DNA of 64,000 nucleotides, from contig OZ316899.1 of the NCBI GenBank assembly GCA_973895155.1, forward strand, positions 12,058,834-12,122,833, given 5' to 3'. The stretch comes from Marsupella aquatica (lineage: Eukaryota > Plantae > Marchantiophyta). A model generated the notes under the pieces. That model searched no databases, was not told the origin of the DNA, and saw nothing but the letters and a program-made list of their open reading frames with translations. The position numbers and the translations under genes were made by a program. Positions 26,202 to 39,694 of this stretch are shown one piece after another. Each line of letters begins with the position of its first letter. Position 1 is the first letter of the stretch.

Positions 26202-28650
26202 TTTCTTGAGGAGGAAGTGGTCCAGGCGCATGGCTCGAGTTCGGACTCAGACTTAGAGGAAATCTGATGGATTGGAGCAGACCGGAGGCTGCTCAGGTTT
26301 ACTGGGGGAGGATGTCGTGCTGAAAGATTTCGGCTCAGGAATGGCTTTTATAGGGGATGGTGGGCGAGGCCTCCCGGTTGGGATGGCGTGCATGCTGACT
26401 CGGGGGGGCTGCTTGGTTGGTTGGATTGAGGTTTGGTGATTGGGTGACTCATCGTCACCAGGTTTGGTGTTTGGGTGAGTCACCAGGCTTGGAGTTTGGA
26501 TGAGCCTCGCTGCTGGCAGCTGGCTCAGGCTGGATGGTTGGGTTTCCGATGCTACTTAAGACTTGAGCCTCGGCTCATTGAGGTTGGCGGTTGTTTATTG
26601 AGATCTGTTGAGTTGTGTTTTGTGAGTTCCGCTCCGTTCTGCGGAACTCAACTGTTGTGCGGCGGTTTTGGAGTTCCAACTGACTTTTTGATCCAGGTGG
26701 GGAGTTTTCGATCCAGGCGGGGAATTTCTCGAGTCTAGAGTCTCGTTGATCCAGGCGGGGATTTCTCGAGTTTGGAGTCTTGTCGATCCAGGAGAGGATT
26801 TCTCCAGTTTGGAGCCTCGTTGGTCCAGGCCCGAGTTCCATGCGAGCTGTTTTAGACTAGTGGAGTAGCTAGTTGAGTTTTTGGTTTTTGTGAGCTAAGG
26901 AGGATAGTTTTTCCATCAGATTTTGAGTAGTTAGTCACTTGAGGAGTTCTACCCGACAAGTTAGAGGTAGCGGCCCACCGTAGGGCCAGCTACCAGACTC
27001 TTGCGGGCAAGCTTACTCGAGGGCACCTATTGTAACCTTTGTGAGAAAAGTAAAAAATATAAAGGAGTGAGAGTTCGCTCCGAAAAGTGCTTGTTACCTG
27101 TCCCGATCGCAGCCAGAAATGCGTAGTTTGCCCGAGGAGCCCCTAACTTTAAGTCCTCGCGACACCGTTCAGACCAGCCCTTCATTCTCACAAAAATATC
27201 TCCCTTCCATGTGTTCTTCTCTCGACTGTCGATTGACCTTGGTAGCATTCAATTTGTGAATCCAAAGAGCAGCCATTCTAATCTCAGAAATATACCTATG
27301 GACCTGATCCTGCATTCAATTGCTGAAGTCCAAAGAGCAGCCATTCTAATTTCAGAATATATCTATGGACTTGATCCTGCATTCAATTCCTGAAGTTAAG
27401 GGCCACAGCTCAGATTTCTTGTCAATCGCCCTAGCTGAGGAAATGGTCTTCTAGCTGTCCACTGTGCCACCTCAAAGTTCCCCTATAGAAGGTGCAAGTT
27501 GATTTCGCCTGAAGAGCCCCCTTGTTAGCAGTCGATGACTTCTCCTTTCTGTAAAATATTCTCTCTGATTCAGAAATTTCAATCTTCCTTATTAATTTCC
27601 CTTCCAGCCTTTGCTTTCCCTTCAATCTCCTCCTTTAATTCGTGCTCCAGGATTTCCTCTTCTAGTTCAGGTCTTCTGATTCTCCTTGAGCCCAGCATTC
27701 CAGCCCAGTTCTTCTTACTTGATTTGGTGGAGTATTGGCTCTCCATTCAGCTACAGCGTTGAGCTCCATTCTCCCTTCAATTTCACTTTGATTTTTGCTC
27801 TATTGAATTCTGGGCTCGACACCTGGCCTTAGGTAGCTCTTTTACATTGTAACCCTGCCCTTTACAGATGTAAATGAGTCCACCACGTTTCTCTACGCAG
27901 CTGAATTACCCCTTTGTATGCACAAAGAACATTATTCCCTTTAAGTCTCCCTTTAAGTGCTACTTATGGCATTTAACATTAGCCATCTTCGCCTATAGCT
28001 AAAAACGCACTCATAAGAAAAAAAACTATTATGAACATACTGCTGGCTTTCCTAGCCCTAGGGCTTCCTAAAACAATTCTTAGAATTGATATATAACTAA
28101 ACTTGGCTTTTCTATAATTGTTCAAAGTCTGCAATCCGTCATAATTCATAGCTACTTTTACAGAATTCGGACCACTCCCAAAAAGTATCTAAAAGTCCAA
28201 AACTAGGTTTAGTAATTCTAAGGGATAGTGTTAGGTATAGTAACACCATGGCTAGCCTTCAAAATACATTTGTTGCTCTATGGCTATTTTCCCTAGGTCT
28301 TGCAAGTTGGCTATTTTAAGTTTTGTTCCGCTATAAATAGCTTCTAATTGAACGGTCGAAATGACTTGCACTTTTACAAGGGTTCTCCAGGGCCTGCCTA
28401 GAACCTTCAGAAAAAATCCCAGCCTAAATTACAAACTCTAAGGATCTGATTACCTATCTAATCCACTAATCCATTGCTAAGTTAACTGTGGTTTAAACTA
28501 ATGAAACTTTCTTACTCTGCTTTATTGAAGAGAGTTTACTTCAGTTTCACTTCTACTTCCCACTCATTTACAGGCATAATATGCTTACTTAGAACAAAAA
28601 AGAAAAAATCTAACCTAAAACTAATTTAACCACTAATTGAGCGGCTCACA

Positions 28651-31115
28651 GTTCCCAAAAAGCCAGGACCAGATGGAAAGGTCAAGATTAGGGTATGTCA
28701 AGACTATAGAAAATTAAATGTCGCCACTAGAAAAGATTTTCATCCTTTACCGTTTACCGATACTATCTTAGATCAGGTTGCTGGTCATGAGATGTATAGT
28801 TTCCTAGATGGATTTTCAGGTTATAACCAGGTATTTATTAGGAAATCGGATCAGTCCAAGACAACATTCACAACCGATTGGAGCACTTATGCTTTTTTCT
28901 AGAATGCCTTTTGGTTTGTGCAATACCCCTGCTACTTTTCAAAGACTAATGACTGTCATTTTTCAGGAATATTTGCGGGATTTTTTAGAGATTTTCATAG
29001 ATGATTTTTGTGTCTATGGTCAGAAGAAAGACCATTTATAGTTCTTGAAGAAAACATTTGCCAAGTGTCGGGAGGCAGGGCTATGTTTGCATCCTGAGAA
29101 ATGCTACTTTGGCAGGAAGGAGGGTATTTTACTAGGGCATAAGACTTCCTAGAGTGGCATTGTTGTGGATCATGATAAAGTCGCGGTAATCCTTGCCTTA
29201 GAAGTTCCCACTAACTTGCGTGAGCTAAGGGGTTTCCTAGGGTATGTGGGTTATTACCGCCGGTTTATAGAGGGCTACTCCGTCCTTGCCACACCTCTTA
29301 CTCAACTCCTCAAGAAGGATGCACCTTATGAGTGGAGTGATGCTAGGGAAAATGCCTTCATTACCCTCAAATATAAGTTAACAGTCGCTCCTGTCCTTAT
29401 CCCGTCTGATTGGGAAAAAGTTTTTCATGTTTTTGTAGATACCTCCAAGTTTTGTATAGGCTTAGAACTAAGTCAAAAGGATGAGCATGATAAGAGCCAC
29501 ACTATTTATTTTGCTAGTCGCCAGTTGAATAGTGCAGAGAGAAATTACTCCACCACGGAGAGAGAGGCATTAGGCATGGTTTTTGCTTGCAAAAAGTTTA
29601 GACATTACCTCCTTGGCTATGATACTGTTTTCCATATGGATCACCATTCATTGAAGTATCTTTTCAACAAGGTGGACTTGCCGGGACGCATTGCAAGATG
29701 GGTCCTGCTGCTGCAAGAGTTTCAATTTAAGGTGGAAGTGCGAGCCGGAAAAAGTCATGTGAATGCGGACTACTTATCTCGGTTGGAGGGAGAAGATGGC
29801 AAGGAAGCGGTACCAGATCATTTTCCTGACGAGGAGTTGTTTCACATCGAAGGTGAACAATTGCTTTATGCTGACATTGTCACTTTCCTCATGACGGGAC
29901 GACCACCGGAGCAAATGAGTGCGGAGCAGCAAGCTGTTTTTGTGCATAAGGCCGGGCCTTATACTCTCATCCAAGGTGTGTTACATAAAGGTAAGCCTGA
30001 CATTAAGCTTAAAAGGTGTTTGGAGCGGCATGAAATCCCTCGGGTGATAAGTGCTTTGCATGAAGGAAATTCTGGTGGACATTTTGCTGTTGCAACTACA
30101 GTAGCTAAAGTTTGAGATCCGGGCTACTGGTGGTCTTCCATGCATAGGGATGTTTTTGAGTTTATCAAGGGATGTGACCCTTGTCAGTGGATGGGAAAAC
30201 CTTTGCTAAGTGGGAGATGGCCATTAATTCCAATCATGCCTTTGGCACCTTTTGAGAAGTGGGGAATCAATTTTGTGGATCCTATCCAACCAGTGACACA
30301 AAGGAGGAGAAATTGCTACATCATTGTTGCAACAGATTACGCCACTAAATGGGTTGAAGCCGAGGCGGTGAGAAGAGATGATGCCGCCGTCACAGAACTT
30401 TTTCTTTTTGATAATATTATCACTAGATATGGTTGCCCTTTAGAGTTGGTCAGTGATAGAGGCACACATTTCCTCAACAGCACCATAGAACTTCTCACAA
30501 ACACCTACCTGATTAAGCACAAAAAAACAACACCCTATAATCCTAAAGCAAACGGTTTGACAGAGAGATCAAATGGCATTATTTGTAAGATTCTCACAAA
30601 AATCGTTTTAGCACACAAGAGTGATTGGGATATGAAGCTTCCGTCTGCACTTTGGGCTTATAGGACAGCACAAAAGATCACAACCAAACACACTCCCTTT
30701 TATATGGTTTATGGCATGGACTCCATTGTTCCTATAGAATTTAGTTACCTACTGCATGGGTGTTAGATGACAGAAGATTACCTCCTGAGAAAAGTCAACT
30801 CATTAGGTTGGTAGAGTTAGAGCAGTTAGAGGAAAATCGCCTCTATGCACTCACACTCAGCAACAAAATTGGAAAGTGAATTATGATAAGAAGTTGAAGC
30901 CGACCACTATTGAAGCTGGAGATTTAGTTTTACTTTATGATAACCGTTATTTCAAATTTCCAGGGAAGCTCCACACTAGGTGGGGTGGACCCTATTTAGT
31001 CAAAAATGTTTGGACTAATGGTAGTCTCCAAATTGCCACTACTGATGGAGAACTATTACCCACTAGAGTAAATGGTCATCGAGTCAAAAAGTACACCTCC
31101 CAAACTTTAGATTAG
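28651..31115 (+). pseudogene. Element B pol: RT, RNase H, integrase with GPY/F tail
   Basis: Motifs RVCQDYRKLN; MPFGLCN; FIDD; NYSTTERE; FEKWGINF; SDRGTHF; NGLTER; WGGPY. Confidence 0.92.
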
Positions 31116-31506
31116 TGTCGTGTGGTCACTCCATTCCTGAGGAGGGGGTGGTGTATGAAGTTATGTTTACTTGAAGTAGGCAATATAGAAGTGCTAAATA
31201 GCTTAGTCAAAATTAATTAATTAATTACCAATTTAGGAATGATTAGGTCTAGGAACATAGAAAGCTCAGCCTAAAGAGGAAAAAGAAATTTTCCAAAAGA
31301 GGGAAAACGATTTAACAAGCTAAGGGCCAAAATTAAAAATGAGATACGGATTGCCAAGAAAACAAGAAAGGACGAAAGAAGAGTCAAGCCAGACTTGAGG
31401 GAAAGTTTACCGTTGCTAAGGGAATGTTGAGCCACTTCTTATAGAGAAGTGAAGTAGAGTACCTGAAGCGATACTTTTATGTGCGGGAGTTGAAGCTGCT
31501 CAATCG

Positions 31507-33201
31507 TTGGAAGGGAGACTGTTAATATTCATTGCAGAGCTTTCTTTGCAAAAGAACGGAACGCGATGGGGAAGGCAAAACGATTGCAATGCCACCAGAA
31601 TTGGAAATTATGGCGAATTAGAGAACTACCGGAAGGTTGGGTTGGAGCCTTTGACAAAGTTTTTGTGGGTGATTAGTGATTCTCAATTGGTGGACGAAGT
31701 TCGAGTGAGGAACAAGAATCCCAAGAAGGGGACAGCACGATCGGATTACGCAGCATTTACTGTGACAAAAGTTGCAGAATGCTATGGAGATTCAGCATTA
31801 GGACTCACACCAGAAGATTTCACCTCTTCTCGACTCTTTCACGACATCTGCAAGGATCAATTTTCAGCTGAGTTCACTAAAGAAGGGTATACACCGAATG
31901 CTGCCAAGGACTTAGCCCTAAGAGCTATTTTTGGTTCATTGTTCCGATTCTTACTCCCGATAAGCCTTGGCAAATTATAGGCAAGGTGACGGCCATGATC
32001 ATCACAGCCTATGATAAAGGTAATCCCATCAATTGGGCCAGTCTACTGTTGAATTTGCTTCAGCTACGGTGCAAAAAGGTGAAAGATGGGATTGACTTGT
32101 ATGTGGCCCCGATGTTGTTCCATCTATACAGGTTTGAGGGGAAGCTGTCAAGTATCGAATTGCAGGAATATGAGGAGTCGGTGGTGAATCGTTTGCTCAT
32201 TGAAGATCGACCTTCCAATGATGAAGCAACTGATTTGGATGAGGAGACATCAGAGGCTGGACACAGTCAAGACATCGATTTTGCCAATGAGAACCAAGTT
32301 CACAGGGAATGAAGCAAAGATCATTGATCTGGATAGTGATAACACCGTTTGCCCTACGGAAGCAAAGTTGCGAGGAGCGTTGGACAAATTTTGCAAGGCA
32401 AATGCGGTCAATCGGAACCTCATTGATGAGCTTATGCACACCTTTTCTTGTTCAAAACAAGACCTTCTCAATGAGATTGATTCTACGAGGTCCAAGAAAG
32501 CGGAGGCAGAATGTGCCAAGAAAGAAGCGGAAGTGGCAAAGAAAGAGCTTGAGAAAAAGCTCAGGGAAGCGGTTCAGAGCTCAGTCCTACCTACTATTCA
32601 GCAATCACTCAAGACTTTGGCAAAAACAGCGGACCAAATTTTGCTTTCCGTAGAAGATTGTCTTTAGTTAGATGCCTTGACTTCAGAAGGCTAGCGGAGT
32701 GAGGAGAAGAGTCTTTCTAAAGTTGCGACTACTATCACCAATCAGAAAGGTTTGCTGCACAAGAAGTATGATGAGATTATGAAGTCAGTCAATGATTTGA
32801 GAGATTTTGCATAGCAGCATGTGAAGTCTCTTCCTCCCCAATCGCACATTGCAGTTGATTCTCTTGCAGTACGGGAGATTGCCGCAACACCTAAAGCTAA
32901 TTTGATGGAGCCCCAAGAAGATGCAGCTCGTCTGAAGGAATTTTCTCAGCAGATGATCAGTTTTGTGGAGCCCTCTATTGACTTTCTCTGCTACTATCGA
33001 TTTAAAAAGAGTGTTGTCTGTTTCCAGCATTGATTACCAGAGTTTGATAAGAGGATGGGTGTACCGTTCCATAATGTTTATCAAGTATGGATTAAAGCTA
33101 ATGCTGAGACCTGGGAGTTCATTGCGTTTGCCCTAGTTTATGGTGATTTGAAGGTGGAAGATATTTCCCTTGCCACCCGGCTGTTGGGAAATCTCCTGCG
33201 T
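31507..33201 (+). pseudogene. Element B extra ORF downstream of pol (Athila ORF2/env-like position); probably resumes ~44122/44254-44511
   Basis: Broken ORFs with G.PINWASLL...LYVAPMLFHLY and a coiled-coil segment, interrupted by DNA transposon copy 2. Confidence 0.6.
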
Positions 33202-33832
33202 GAGGTCTTTACAAAAGGCGGTAAACAACAAACAACAAACTATAACAAGAATTGGTAACAGCAAAATTTCCTGTTATGGGTGCACATTTCTCCTGGTATT
33301 GTGGCAAAAATTCAAAAAACCATCCCCAAAATACTAATACTTCTGCGATGCCGAATACTAGCGCCGGACGTTTATAGTCAAAACAAACACAAACGCATCA
33401 TGCCAAATACTAGTGTCGGGCGTTCAAACCCTAAATAATGAAACACAATTGCTCGAACATGCCGAATACTAGGGCCAGGCGCTACTTTGTGAAGCAAATC
33501 ACGAGAACATAGGAGTGATGTTCAGGCTGAGATCCAACTAGAAACCAAACATAACCAAACATTTCCAACAGTCTTAGTTCAATATCAAAGTACAAAGTAG
33601 GACTTAACCTAGGTATCTGAGTTAGAACTTGAAACGGGAAATTGAAAGAAAACAAACTCGATATTTTTTATTCAAATCAAACATATTGTCCTCGATGTAC
33701 AAATATTGCTACAAGGAAACTCTAAAGTTTGAGACAGAACAAAGAGCATAACAAGGGAATTCCTCATAATTGTAAAATTGTAACTAGCGCCAGGCGCTAA
33801 TACTCCTAGTGGGTGCTTCCTCGTACCATGTC

Positions 33833-34348
33833 CTAGCTCAAAGAGTGACAGTCATTGTCAATTCTAGCGTCCCGACGATCTGGATCTTGGCGGAAACCAT
33901 CTAATCGGAAGTTGACATATGCTCTCGTGGGCCATCGATGCACTAGTCTCCGAAAACCGACTTCTGGGAGATTTGTATCTTGAAAGTTGACGCGCCCGTA
34001 CATTTCCTGAAGTCGAGGATGGAGAGGTGGTGGCACCTGCATGGGTTTGGGCAGGTGAACAGAAAACCTCTCCATAAACGGTGGTGACGGAACATCACGC
34101 TGCCAAGGTATGTTCCTCTCCCCGGGACTGATACCTTCATCCGGCGGAAGATGGAGGCGATTGACAAAGTCTATGGTTTCTGTCTCAACAGATTCAGTCC
34201 TTGTCTCAAAAGAAGTAAAGTGAGTCAAAACGGGATCTCCTTCAATAACCCTATCTGCACCAATCTCCATTCCCATATCTCTAACAATACCAAAATTGTT
34301 AAGATCCGTATGCGGCCCTACATTGGAACTTTGAAAATGGCCTTCCAT
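33833..34348 (-). CDS. Hypothetical ~170-aa ORF unique to transposon copy 2
   Basis: Open frame from MEGHFQSSNVGP..., flanked by palindromes at 33785 and 34588. No recognisable domain. Confidence 0.4.
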   Translation of the reverse strand: MEGHFQSSNVGPHTDLNNFGIVRDMGMEIGADRVIEGDPVLTHFTSFETRTESVETETIDFVNRLHLPPDEGISPGERNIPWQRDVPSPPFMERFSVHLPKPMQVPPPLHPRLQEMYGRVNFQDTNLPEVGFRRLVHRWPTRAYVNFRLDGFRQDPDRRDARIDNDCHSLS

Positions 34349-34809
34349 GGAATCGAGAAGGAGAAAAACGAGAGCACTGGACTTTGAAAGAAACAACCAA
34401 TGTGCGGAACTGAAAATGTTTTGATATCCCTGAGATAACAGTATGTTTATAAGGCATTTGCATTTCCCGTTATTGGTCCTCTTGTCGGTACCAGTCGCCG
34501 ACTGAAAGCCAAATGACCGTTGGGCGGAAACGACAAAATTCAAACGGAAACTTCCAATGTATTTTTATGAGGGGGTATCTTTTGGGGGAGCGTTGGGCGC
34601 TAGTTAAACAAGGAGAGGAACCCACACAAAGGACATTACAAAAGACCCCATTACCAGGTTTGACAAACCCATTAACCATTGAATGGAAGTGACAATCCCC
34701 CTCAAACTCAATTCCGATTTAATAAATTCAATAGCGCCAGGCGCTAACAAAAACCAAGGGCATCCACGTACAGTTGAGAGGCAATTTGACCTGATAGAGG
34801 AAAAAATTG

Positions 34810-37800
34810 CTACCCTTCAGTGTCAGATTTTGAGCTATCATTCTGGGAGCTATGAGATCTGTCAGTCGATTATGCCTTGTCATCAATATACTTGCTTCTA
34901 GAAACATCATCTACATAGGGTTTCCTCATGAACTTCCTGGCTACTCCCCTAAGAAGCCTAAGTCCTTTTGTTTCCCAGCAGAGCGTCCTAAACTTCTCTG
35001 CCTTCCTCGCGACATTCTCAACGTATGATGGCAACACAAACGGCTTCTCGGGAGTGATGATTACATTTCAAGCCACTTTCCTCCAAAGTTGAAACCGATT
35101 TCTTTGGTTCCATTTTGACCTGCTCAAAAGAGAAATGAAAGATAAAGAGGAAGTAAATACTTAGCCGATAGAACCGGTGGAATTAAAGGTTAACCAACAA
35201 TTGAAAGGATAAAGGAGCTTACAAGAGACGGAAATAACTTGGAAGACTCTTTGCTATCCTCCGTTGACCCCTCATGTCGGGTTTCCTCTCTCCCACCGTC
35301 ATTGACATCCTCAGGAACATCATCTTCTGGCGCACCATCATCTTCGTTCGAATCAAAGTTGAGGACAGATCTAAGTCTATCTTTCTTTTTTTGCCCAGTT
35401 ATTTGAGGAGGGGGAGGTTGTGTCTCCAAAGGTTTGGGAGAAATGAGGTCCAAAAAAATCCTTGAAGCGGTATCAACAAACTCCCGACGATTTTCTAACC
35501 CGATGACAAAATGGCCTGAGTAATCCCCAACAATGAACGTACTACCTGAGCCGACGGTCCAATCAATTACAATATCCTTAGGGATTGTAAAGAGTTCAAG
35601 GACAGTCTGCATAAAACCAACCGGTAATTGGGCATTCCCAGTAAAATGTAGTTCAGGACAATGATCTTCCTTCAAAGATTGTAGCCCAATAAGGTTTGAG
35701 ATTGAAGGATCTTCGGCGCTAGACAACGGCTTGAACCTTGGATCCTTTGGACCTTTCCTTTAAAATAAACTTGACAAAATATATCCAGTCTAAGAGTGAA
35801 GACCTGCAAAAGTCGACAAACCAACTGGATTTTAAAAATCTCTTAGTCATTAGAGAAGAACTCCAAAAGAAAAAATAGTGTCGGGCGCTAGTATAGCTAG
35901 ACTCAGAGAAAACATTTACCTGGACGTCTGTCTTGGGTCTGTACATTGGGATAGACATGAAAACATTGTGCATATTGATGCACATGAACTTCTTGGATTG
36001 TTGACATGCAGAAATGACCTGGGAAATCTGATCGTGGTCATCCAAGTATAAAATAGCAAGCATGCCATCATCCGAAAGGAAAGGATCCATCGCTTGGAAA
36101 AACAATTCAGCTGCTGTGTGATCTGTTACATTCCATTTTGGGACCCGACGGTCAACAATTGTGGGTTTCAATCTAGTTGGGAGATAGATGAAACCCGCAT
36201 TCACCCCAAATGATCGTTCCTTCCCACCTCTAATGACTCCTTTATCTCTACACCCCGACTTGATCAAATCCTTACCCCACTTCTCAGCATCTGCGACCCA
36301 ATCTGGCTTCTCTTCCTCACTAAATGCACTATCTATGAATTCTGCCAAGCTTGATTCGACCATACAGTGCCTTCCAACTTTGCTCTTGAAATTCCCCACA
36401 TCCCGTTGCTGACCAGCCCCAGAAGCATTATCTCATGACGATTCCCAGGCATTGATGGCCCTTTTCTTCTTCTTCTTCGTGCTTGTAGCATCCACAGGAA
36501 CTATAACCTTCCCCTTCTCAACTGGGGTGATTGGGTCTGGATTGGCACCAGTGTTGGCCTCAGAGACTTCTGGTGTTGCATCTATTTTGGTGTCATCCGT
36601 GGCGCCATCAGATTTTTGCCCACCTACCAAAGCACGGTGTCAAACACATAAAGAGTGTTAGCGCCAGGCGCTGGCCAAACACCCACATTAATTTCAGAAA
36701 ATAAAACATATTAAATTCATGACACATAATAGTGCCAGGCGCTACCAAAGAAGGAAGTCGGAAGAAGGAGGTGTAGCATATGTTTTTTCCCATACTTGGC
36801 ACTAGCACTTGCCACAGGGGCATCTGCCTTGGCTTTGGCTCTTGGCTTTTGGCTTCGATCAACATGAACCACATTGGTTTTGCATTTTTTTTGGCAACTC
36901 TATTGTCGACGCGTTGACGTCTCCCTCAATTCCTTGCTTCATATCGGAGAAAAATTTCAGAGGAACTTGGGATTTGGATAGTTTATGGAAAGCGTCCTTC
37001 TCAATGTCATCAAATGGAGAATCCCATCTGTCGGTGTCAAGATACCAAGGGCAGTGAATTCTCTCCCACTTTGACAATTTCCTCGGTGGAAGGATTCCCT
37101 TAGCGGGATACATGGAATACAGTTCAGCCAAAATGTCTCCATCTGCGCAGATGACCCAATTCTGGAAAGCAGTTGGGTAAGCCCAAGAATAATCAGGTTT
37201 CACAATCTCCATGTGCAATTCCCTCCACGCTATTCCACGTTTGCCAAGTGTGGCACCACTGGTTCACAGGGTCATCGCTAACGCTTTGCGGATGAAAGAA
37301 CTGTTTCCTAAGCTCTGGCGTGCAATGCGCTACTAACAAAGTGCTTCTCAATTTGGGGTCTAGGGCGAAGACTGCAGTGAATAACCTGGCACGATCCATG
37401 GTACAAACAACCGCATCCGGTTTCTTCTCACGTTTGTTCACCTCTGTCATCGGGTACATCTCAACGCAAGTGGTCATAAAGTCTTCAAACTCTGGACTCA
37501 ACAAGGGAGTGATCTTTGAGACCTTGATCGCCCAATCCTTCGTTGCTTCTTTCATCATGACCGCATGTCGTTTGGACGTCTCTTCTTGAGACCAAAGGTT
37601 TCCCTGGGCGGTAGCCAACTCCAGGTCCATCTTGAATTGACAAAAATAGGATTTTATCTTATTCTCGCATAAGATATATAGAAGTGCTTCTTGAGGCATT
37701 TTCTTAGTATACCACGATCCCTTTCGAGTCTTCTGCATCACCTGCACAAACTTCTTGAAGTTTGCCCCATCGATGATTGACTTATAGTATTCTAAATCAT

Positions 37801-38680
37801 TGGACAAAATCCTTTTAATTCTGTCAGCACCAAGTATTGAGGAAGGTTCCACCACGGCCTGTCCAAGTCTATAGAAGAATTTATCAATCAATAGCGCCAA
37901 GCGCTAGTAAAAAAGCATACTATGAACGAAAGACATTGAAATTCAAAGAGAGACTTATTGGTTCACAGTATGCATAGCCGCCTCAATCAAAGATACCTTT
38001 TCACCCTTGAAAATAGTACATTGCACATGCGGGTGATACTTGATATCATCGGATTTTCTTTTGTAACGATCGACCATGCGTAAAGTCGATGGTTACCGTC
38101 AAAAACATAAAACATCTTATCTTGTAAGACCCTGAAGTCTGGATTGGCCGCACATTCAGCTTCAAACTTCTTGTTCTCCGCCACCCACATCGGGTCCCAA
38201 GTCGCTCGAATTTCCGAAGTACACGTCTGGACATTCCCATTCGCATCTGCCGGCTGGACATAAAAAAGCATTCCAATTTTTGAGTTATATCCTGTGCTCC
38301 AAAAAAAGTCCTTCAACTTTTCAATTGAAGGACTTCCCTTCTATAAGGTGCGGACAACTTCCATGTGAACCAAGCAACATATTGGAATCCTTGGCGGGTC
38401 TTTGTCATGCCCTCGGAAATCCTTGCCAAACAACATAACGTGTTTGGAGATAACATCGGACATTGTCAACGACATTTCTCCTCGATCTTCCACAACGTAT
38501 GTGTCAAGATCGTCCATCTTCGCTCTCTTGCTCTTTAGAAATGTGACAACCGCGACTGTTTTGGGAGCTTGGGATGCTGTAGACCGTGTCACACGACAAC
38601 TGTAAATAGATCCAGATACAAGCACTCGGACGTTTGGGAATGGATCTGCTCTCTCTGCCCGTTTGCACTATACCCATATG
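34810..38680 (-). pseudogene. Cargo gene copy 2: ParB-like + N4/N6 MTase-like fusion (frameshifted; start approximate)
   Basis: Motifs FYVFDGNHRLYAW; GVNAGFIYLPT; DPFLSDDGMLAIL; PKDIVIDWTVGSGSTFIVGDYSGHFVIGLENRREF; last exon RFQLWRKVA..TPEKPFVLPSY shared with copy 1. Confidence 0.8.
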
Positions 38681-39694
38681 AGGTGGTGGGGAGAGGGTCC
38701 ATGTTTTTCATACCCCAAGTTCTTCACGATCGTGATGAGTACCTCATTCGTACCGTACTTCTTCTAGAGAATTCTTGCACGAATAACCTCTGAAACGGAA
38801 CCTAAATACAATGGACAAGGAAGGTGGAGAGAGTATCCTCTCTAAACTATCCCCTCGCTACATTGATATCTACCTAGGACATTCTCCTGAATGCCACTTG
38901 TCAACTCTGCATTAGTTGTTGGAATACCGTTGACATATCTTCAACGATACGCGACCTATGGTTACCGTTGAATATGACCGTTAAAATAAATAATGCAATC
39001 AATTTCATCTATATTCTTTAGGTGAAATCTCATATTGGTCAATAGTAGCGCCTGGCGCTACCAAAAACTCTCAATATTGAAACCCTAATTTTTCCATAAG
39101 TTAAGACAAATTTGACTTTGAAGTATAAAATAAAAAATAAAATGAAGAATATTTTTGAATATTTGTCCTTAAATGAATGTCTTGATTACCGATTCAGATT
39201 AGCGCCCGACGCTAATATAAAATCTCCCCATTTTTGGCAATATTTTAGAATATTTGTAAAATAGCTATAAACATTTAGGATTTATTCTGAAATCCTGGAT
39301 ATTAGCGCTTGGCGCTAAACATAAAATATACCAGCTTTAGGCCACAATTTAGGGTGTAGGTTTTAGTAACGCCTGGCGCTAAACATATATTTCACCATTT
39401 TAAGTCCAAATTGGAGTGTGTATGTTTTAGTAGCGCCAGGCGCTACTCAATTATGGTGATTTTATAAACATGATTATGCTGTTTGGAAAAGGACATCTTT
39501 GACTCATTAGTGTAAATGTCGTTGACATAACGACAAAAACATTTATTGTGTCAGATGTGCTTTCACCCGGTAGTGATTCTGCCATATTCTAACGGTTTTG
39601 ACAAACGGATTATTCACTATGAATACCATTGTATACGTTCTAAAATATCATTTATTATCTTGAACTGAGTTTTTTTGGGCTGACTGATCTTGCA

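Larger units (their letters stand above)
21247..27164 (+). mobile_element. Non-autonomous gypsy element E (relative of A; gag + protease, RT/RH/IN deleted)
   Basis: LTRs 21247-22097 and 26313-27164 are highly similar (TGTCG...CGACA). 4-bp TSD CCGT. PBS TGGCGACC at 22099. PPT GGGGGAGGA before the 3' LTR. Confidence 0.92.
19423..28650. mobile_element. Insert C, probable ~3.3-kb solo LTR (19423-21246 + 27169-28650) interrupted by element E
   Basis: TGT...ACA ends with perfect TSD GTTCC (19418-19422 / 28651-28655). B RT frame MIVP|KKPGPDGK is restored. No internal LTR pair or pol seen. Confidence 0.8.
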
